A DNA stretch of 64,000 nucleotides, taken from Paraspadella gotoi. Its lineage: Eukaryota > Animalia > Chaetognatha. Location: positions 6,033,074 to 6,097,073 of the forward strand of contig JBJCIZ010000239.1 of the NCBI GenBank assembly GCA_051294375.1, read 5' to 3'. A model generated the notes under the pieces. That model was not told where the DNA came from and ran no database searches. It saw only the letters and a list, made by a program, of their open reading frames with translations. The position numbers and the translations under genes are program-made. Shown piece after piece: positions 58,614 to 64,000 of this stretch. Positions within the stretch are counted from its first letter, which is position 1. Each line of letters starts with the position of its first letter.

Positions 58614-58660
<47 letters not shown>

Positions 58661-59007
58661 AGAGAGGAGAGAGGAGGAGAGAGAGAGAAGAGAGAAGAAG
58701 AGAGGAGAGAGGAGAAGGAAAAATTGGGCGAGCCTGCTTCGGAAATGGGACGTCGTTTCTCTCGAAAGATTAGGCACCGACGAGCGATGGAAAATTTTAG
58801 GTGGAGGGGGTCAATGTGAGAGTGAGAGTGAAAAAAGAAGAGGTTGAATGTGAAAGAGTGGGTTGCGTTTGGAAACTGTTTTGCGTGAAAATTTCTGAAT
58901 TTGGTTAAATTGAAGATGTTAATAGGAAAAACAAGTTTGGATGTGATTAAAGGGAAAAGGTAGTTTTAAATGGCGCAGGTTTGGCGTTAAATTTGAAGGC
59001 ACAAGTG

Positions 59008-59128
<121 letters not shown>

Positions 59129-59348
59129 CATTGAACATTGAACATATTTATCCCGGTGGGGCTTCAGGCATAGAAAGCAACATAGAAAAGACAAACGTCA
59201 AATTTTCTTTAAGCGATGAAAAAATAAATACTATACTAACTAAAATTGTAAAAAATAAACGTTTCCGGTCATCTAAAGAAAAAGAAATACAGAGACAGAG
59301 ATACAGATAGACACAACCAGACATATAGATATTTTTTTTCTCTTGCAG

Positions 59349-59416
59349 GACAATCTACAGCCTCATCAATCGGACGCCGTGGAAATATTTGAGGGAGATC
59401 GTGTTAGTCGACGACG
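59349..59416 (+). CDS. GALNT: GALNT exon (3' end lost in N gap)
   Basis: ttcttgcag| then (R)TIYSLINRTPWKYLREIVLVDD, matching RT.hS...R.P...L.EIILVDD. Runs into Ns at 59417. Confidence 0.93.
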
Positions 59417-59437
59417 NNNNNNNNNNNNNNNNNNNNN

Positions 59438-59470
<33 letters not shown>

Positions 59471-59991
59471 CTCTCAAAAGGGGCGGATAGCCTTCGTCGG
59501 CACCAGAGGCGGGCAGAAGGGGCAAAGGAATAAAGATCCCCAAGGGAACGATTAAATTTGGCTCCAAGTTTCGGTCATAACCCGGAATCCTAAACCTTCT
59601 TTTCTTTTCCTTTCGGGTTTTGCAGCCAAAAACGTTTTCCGTGTTACATAAAGACAGACAGTTGAAGTCTTGTTCAATTTTTTTATTTCTTACGGGATAG
59701 TCTCTCGGTTGTTTGATGCCCTTTTATTATTGCATTTGTATTTTTGCCGTTAAGAAGTATCTTATTTGATCAAGTATTTTAGACGTAACTTGCTGATTAG
59801 TCAGTCCTTATGACTGTTCCTTACCCAAAGGTATAAAACAGAAGTCCTTACCTAAAACTACGAGGATACGTCGGTTTTATGGTTAAGTTTAAAGTTAATC
59901 TTTTTAATAATCTATAATCTCTCTCTCACACACACGCACTCACTCTCTCTCTCTCTCACTCTCTCCTCCATTTATCCCTTTCTCTATCCAG

Positions 59992-60169
59992 CCTCCCTGG
60001 GCGCCTCTTTCGACGACTACCTCCGAACCCACTTCCCCCAAGGGCTCGTCCGCCTTCTCCGCCTCCGAAGGCGCATCGGCCTCATCAAAGCAAGAAACGA
60101 AGGATGGAGGCAGTCTGAAGGGCGGGTGGTGGTGTTCCTGGACAGTCACATGGAGGTCAATTACGACTG
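59992..60169 (+). CDS. GALNT: GALNT exon containing the DxH metal-binding motif
   Basis: tatccag|...tg|gtgagg. SLGASFDDYLRTHFPQGLVRLLRLRRRIGLIKARNEGWRQSEGRVVVFLDSHMEVNYD(W) contains GLIxAR and FLDSH.E. Confidence 0.96.
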
Positions 60170-60558
60170 GTGAGGAGAGAGGAGTTTAGGCTCTCTTTTC
60201 CAAAAGCACCCCCTTACCGTTCCTCAATCTGGGCCTAATTTATAACTCCATTATTTTATTCGAATGAATTATCAAACTAATAACCCAATTGCGAATCCTA
60301 AATTCTAACAGTTAATCCATCATCTTTAACCATAACCCTTAACCCTAATCTCTAATCCTAATCTTTAACCGCATCACTATTCTAATCCATAATCTTAATC
60401 CTTAATCTTCTATCCTAAACTATTAACTTCTGAAGAGGAAACGGTGTGGGGGGGGCTTTTGGGAAAACCAAAAATAATCATCTGTAATTTTCCTTCATTT
60501 TCTAAACGATGTTCATTTGTCTTTCCAACACTCAGATTTATTTTTTTTTTACTGTCAG

Positions 60559-60684
60559 GCTTCGCCCTCTATTGCAAGAAATCCGCAACGATCCCCACGC
60601 GGTCGCGATGGCGCAGTTGGACTACGTCGATCGAGTCACGTTCTCCTACGACGGAACCGGAAGCGATGGAGCGCCGCTTGCCAG
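60559..60684 (+). CDS. GALNT: GALNT exon
   Basis: ttttactgtcag|...ag|gtaccg. (W)LRPLLQEIRNDPHAVAMAQLDYVDRVTFSYDGTGSDGAPLA(R) matches WL.PLL..I......V...ID.I...TF.Y. Confidence 0.92.
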
Positions 60685-61416
60685 GTACCGTCTATCTTTC
60701 TGTCCGGTTGTCGGTCATTCTGTCTAGCTATCTATCTTTCGGTCTGTTTTTTGACTGGCTGTCGTTCTGTCTGTTTTTTCACTGGCTGTCTCTCTGTCTG
60801 GCTGTCTGACTTTCGGTCTGGCTGTCTATCTTTCTGTCTAATTTTTGTCTGGCTTTTGTTCTGTCTGTCCATCTGTCAGGCTGTCTATCTTTTTGTCTGG
60901 ATGTCTGCCTGTCTTTCTGTCTATCGTTCTTATGGCCGTCTATCTTTTTTTCCGATTGTCTTACTGTCTGCATTTTCATTCTTTCAGTCTCTCTCTCGCT
61001 TTGGTTGTATTTCTGTCTATTTGTCTATTTGTTCTTCCTTTCAATATTGTCTGTCTGTCTTGTCTTTTTTATCTTTCTCCCATTTTATCTTTATTTATGT
61101 TAATTTATCCGAGTATCTTTGTGTGTCTGTATGACTGTGTACATTTGTCAGAGTACACTATACAATGTAAATATATATATATATATATANNNNNNNNNNC
61201 ATTATACAGATTATTTTCGTCTTTCTGTACGTTTGTCTGTCTTGGTCGTTTTTAGTTTCTCTTTTTATTTCGTTATTTTCAATTAATTAAAATAAAAATT
61301 TTCTTAAGATATCATGAAAATTTGAAACAAAATTCTTGTAAAAAATAACTACATGTACGACATTATATATTTATATTATTAATATTATTATTATTAAATT
61401 ACATTATTATTAACAG

Positions 61417-61506
61417 ATTCGGGTTCGATTGGCCGCTCAACTTTTTTGATCTTTCCTTTCGCAAGGATCAACTGAAGAAACAAAAGACGCCAGTCGATTC
61501 TTTACC
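61417..61506 (+). CDS. GALNT: GALNT exon
   Basis: taacag|...cc|gtaaga. (R)FGFDWPLNFFDLSFRKDQLKKQKTPVDSL(P) matches G.F.W.L.F. Confidence 0.9.
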
Positions 61507-61643
61507 GTAAGATGATGATGATGATGATGATGACGATGATGATGATAAAGATGACGAGGTTGAGGAATGAGGAATGAGGATGACTATGACTCGATAGAGC
61601 AACAGTCTCTTTCTCTCCCCCCCCCCACACACATCTACAACAG

Positions 61644-61762
61644 CGGGGCCGTGATGGTGGGGTCGGCCTTCGCCATCAACTCTTCCTACTTCGGTCATCT
61701 CGGCGCCTACGACGAAGGGATGGATATCTGGGGCGGGGAGAGACCTAGAGATGTCATTTCAG
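61644..61762 (+). CDS. GALNT: GALNT exon with Gal/GalNAc-T motif (apparent 1-nt frameshift)
   Basis: caacag| GAVMVGSAFAINSSYFGHLGAYDEGMDIWGGE, then gag-agac-cta-gag-atg-tca-ttt. Removing one base restores WGGENLEMSF. Donor ag|gtcagt. Confidence 0.92.
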
Positions 61763-62630
61763 GTCAGTTGAAAATTGGGATTTTTTGGGGGGTTTTTATT
61801 TGGGGGGGGGGAATCGGATAGAAATGGGATGGAATGGGAAAGAAAAATAAAATACGAAATTGGGGTAATTGAAAAATGGGATTTTTGAAATTTAAAATTG
61901 GAAAGGTTTAAATTCAACATTGGAAATATAAAAAAGGAGTTAATTTAAATTTTAATTTGCGATATATTTCTCTAGTTTCTACTCTTCGCGAAATTTATGA
62001 TTTTTCCCTCTATTTCCTCACGCCTTCAATACCCCTTCTTCCGTCGCGACTTGATTTTTCGGCTAAACTTGACTAAACTATTGTCCGGTTAGATTATGTA
62101 TACGTAATTCTTTGAAATAGGAAACACCAATCCGAGTGATTATTGAATTATAATGACTGTATACATTATGAAACCAGAGACCAAAAGAGGCCTTGTAAAA
62201 ATGTCATCATGCATAGTTCCGGAATACATGCAACTGATGGTAATCCGATTAGGTGAAACGAAGTTTTTTAAACAGGATTGTAGTGGAACGTAAAGTAACA
62301 AAAAATAGTTAATTAGTTATTACTTAGGAACGGATAAGAGAAAAAAAGCTTACAAAAAATAATAAAGTTTACAAAAAGCCAGATTTTTAAAGCCTGAATC
62401 CGAAAAAACTTTGCTCTTGAAATAAAAATCCCTTCACAGCTTCTGAAATTTTTTTTTCTATGGTACTACATCATGCAAACTAGATTTTAGGACAAATTAT
62501 AAATTCGAAAATTGTCTAGAAAATATTACTAGTTTTGCATCATGCATAATGGTTTCTGATACTAGTATTTTTGTTTGTTTGTTAACTTTAAAGGAAAATA
62601 ATTCAGTTCAACAACGATTTATTTACAAGG

Positions 62631-62670
62631 ACGGACATGTTTCGGCTTTGATTCCAGCCTTCATCAGCGC
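62631..62670 (-). ncRNA. Minimal type I hammerhead ribozyme motif (Penelope-like element type)
   Basis: Minus strand gcg-CTGATGA-a-ggct-ggaatcaa-agcc-GAAA-CATG-TC-cgt: intact core, 4-bp stem II, palindromic ACATGT helix III, 3-bp stem I. Confidence 0.7.
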
Positions 62671-62779
62671 TTTTTAGCAGTTGTGAAAAATTAAAAAAAT
62701 TATTTGACAAACATTGAGAGAGAGAGAGAGATAAAGTGAGAAAAGTAAATGAAATTTGGTTAGTGAGAAAAAGAGAGAG

Positions 62780-63435
62780 AAACAAGTTTCAGCAAACAAT
62801 GTCGGATCTGCCCACGATCATTATCGGTAATTAATTAATTAGGCAATTAATTAATTAATTTGATCCGAAAATGTTTTGTTTTGATTGAATAATTGACTGA
62901 TTAATTTTTGTTGTATTAATACATCTTGTATTTACATTTAAAGAAAAAGAAAAAGAAGCATAATCAATTAGTAAAACAGGTTTCTTTGTTTTTCCATTTA
63001 AAGTCATTTCCACTCAAACGATTCCATCGAAACTTGATTTCCAGTTTAATCACACACTTTCTAACCAAATACAAAATTTCAAGACAATAGCCCCATCCAC
63101 TCATGAGTAATTGGTGTTCAAATAGTGAAATATATTTTTTTGTTTTTTCCATTTAACTCATTTCCACTCGGACGATTCCATCGAAACTTTATATCCAGCT
63201 CAATCACACACATCCCTACCCACACACAAAATTTCATTCCAATCCATCCTACCAATCACGAGTAATTGGTGTTTTTTGCTAAGGTGGGATGGACGGACGA
63301 AATCTTTTTTTTTTTTTTTTGCGCAATTTATATAATTCGATGTTCTGACATGATATAAGTGAATGTCCGACAAGATTGAGGGGGCGCACCGACGGACCCA
63401 ACAAAGTGAATTATAGAGTAAAGCAGATCCGACTA
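62780..63435 (-). mobile_element. Inverted copy of the 37790 element
   Basis: Shared blocks include cacttatatcatgtcagaacatcgaattat, cccaccttagcaaaaaacaccaattactcgtgattgg and ggcagatccgacattgtttgct. Confidence 0.6.
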
Positions 63436-63736
63436 AAAATTAAAATTGACTGGCGAATCGAGCTAGAAAACAGTTATAATCCTCCTCCTTAAACTTCAAC
63501 TGAACGAAACCAAAAAAAAAAAAAAAAAATTGTTTATACTTTTTGCTGCTTAAAATGTCTCCGTACCCAAAAAGTCCGATCTTATATTTCAAAGTTTTTT
63601 TTTCCTTCTCGAAATTAATACCGGGAGTCCGATTCGACGTGGTTTTATCACAAGTTTATCACAAGTAGATCGCAACTAAAGAGAATGCCTAGCTTATTCA
63701 CGATTCGACCAGTGAACAGAGGAGAAAAGAGAGGAA

Positions 63737-63893
63737 ATGTTTTCCCTGCCTTTTCTGGTTCTATTTCTGATGGCGTCTGTATCTGCCGAAGAGGAGTCGG
63801 TCACTAATTGCAAGTCGAACATGTTTTGTACCAAAGTCAAAGAATTAGAAGGCCAGCCCATATCTTTAAGCACTTGTTGCCAAAACATAAATG
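63737..63893 (+). CDS. Cys-rich gene D, exon 1 (remainder beyond window)
   Basis: MFSLPFLVLFLMASVSA-EEESVTNCKSNMFCTKVKELEGQPISLSTCCQNIN. Phase-1 donor G|gtatgt. Same C-x5-C-x15-CC half-module. Confidence 0.87.
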
Positions 63894-64000
63894 GTATGTT
63901 TTTTTGTGGCTCTCTTATCCGAGAATTCCCGGTTTCTGTTTTTTTAATTTAAATTCAACCTTAATATATGACCTAAATTTGTTCCGAAACATATGACCCA

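Overview
Eukaryotic (animal-like, probably invertebrate; taxon not determinable here) genomic DNA. It is AT-rich, dense in (GA)n, (GAC/GTC)n and (TTTC)n microsatellites, and has many N gaps. About 1-26 kb looks like noisy long-read gap fill, with a ~5.5-5.7 kb direct duplication, minisatellites and a ~2.85 kb purine-only tract. Most ORFs in the supplied track are microsatellite artefacts. Two real coding systems can be reconstructed by hand. (1) A + strand polypeptide N-acetylgalactosaminyltransferase (GALNT family) gene: seven spliced exons from 36506 to 61762; the N-terminal TM exon was not found and the C-terminal and lectin exons are not in the window. (2) A family of small secreted, probably GPI/membrane-anchored proteins built from an 8-cysteine module I cannot assign to a known family: C-x5-C-x15-18-CC-x7-14-C-x3-C-x2-C-x6-7-C. 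Three complete genes (1, 3 and 3 modules) lie antisense inside one 17.2 kb GALNT intron. A fourth starts on the + strand at 63737. Every intron of these genes is phase 1 and splits the module at the same point. Also present: Penelope-type minimal hammerhead ribozyme motifs (two within inverted repeats), tRNA-SINEs, MITEs with telomere-like interiors, a foldback element and an AT-eroded element.
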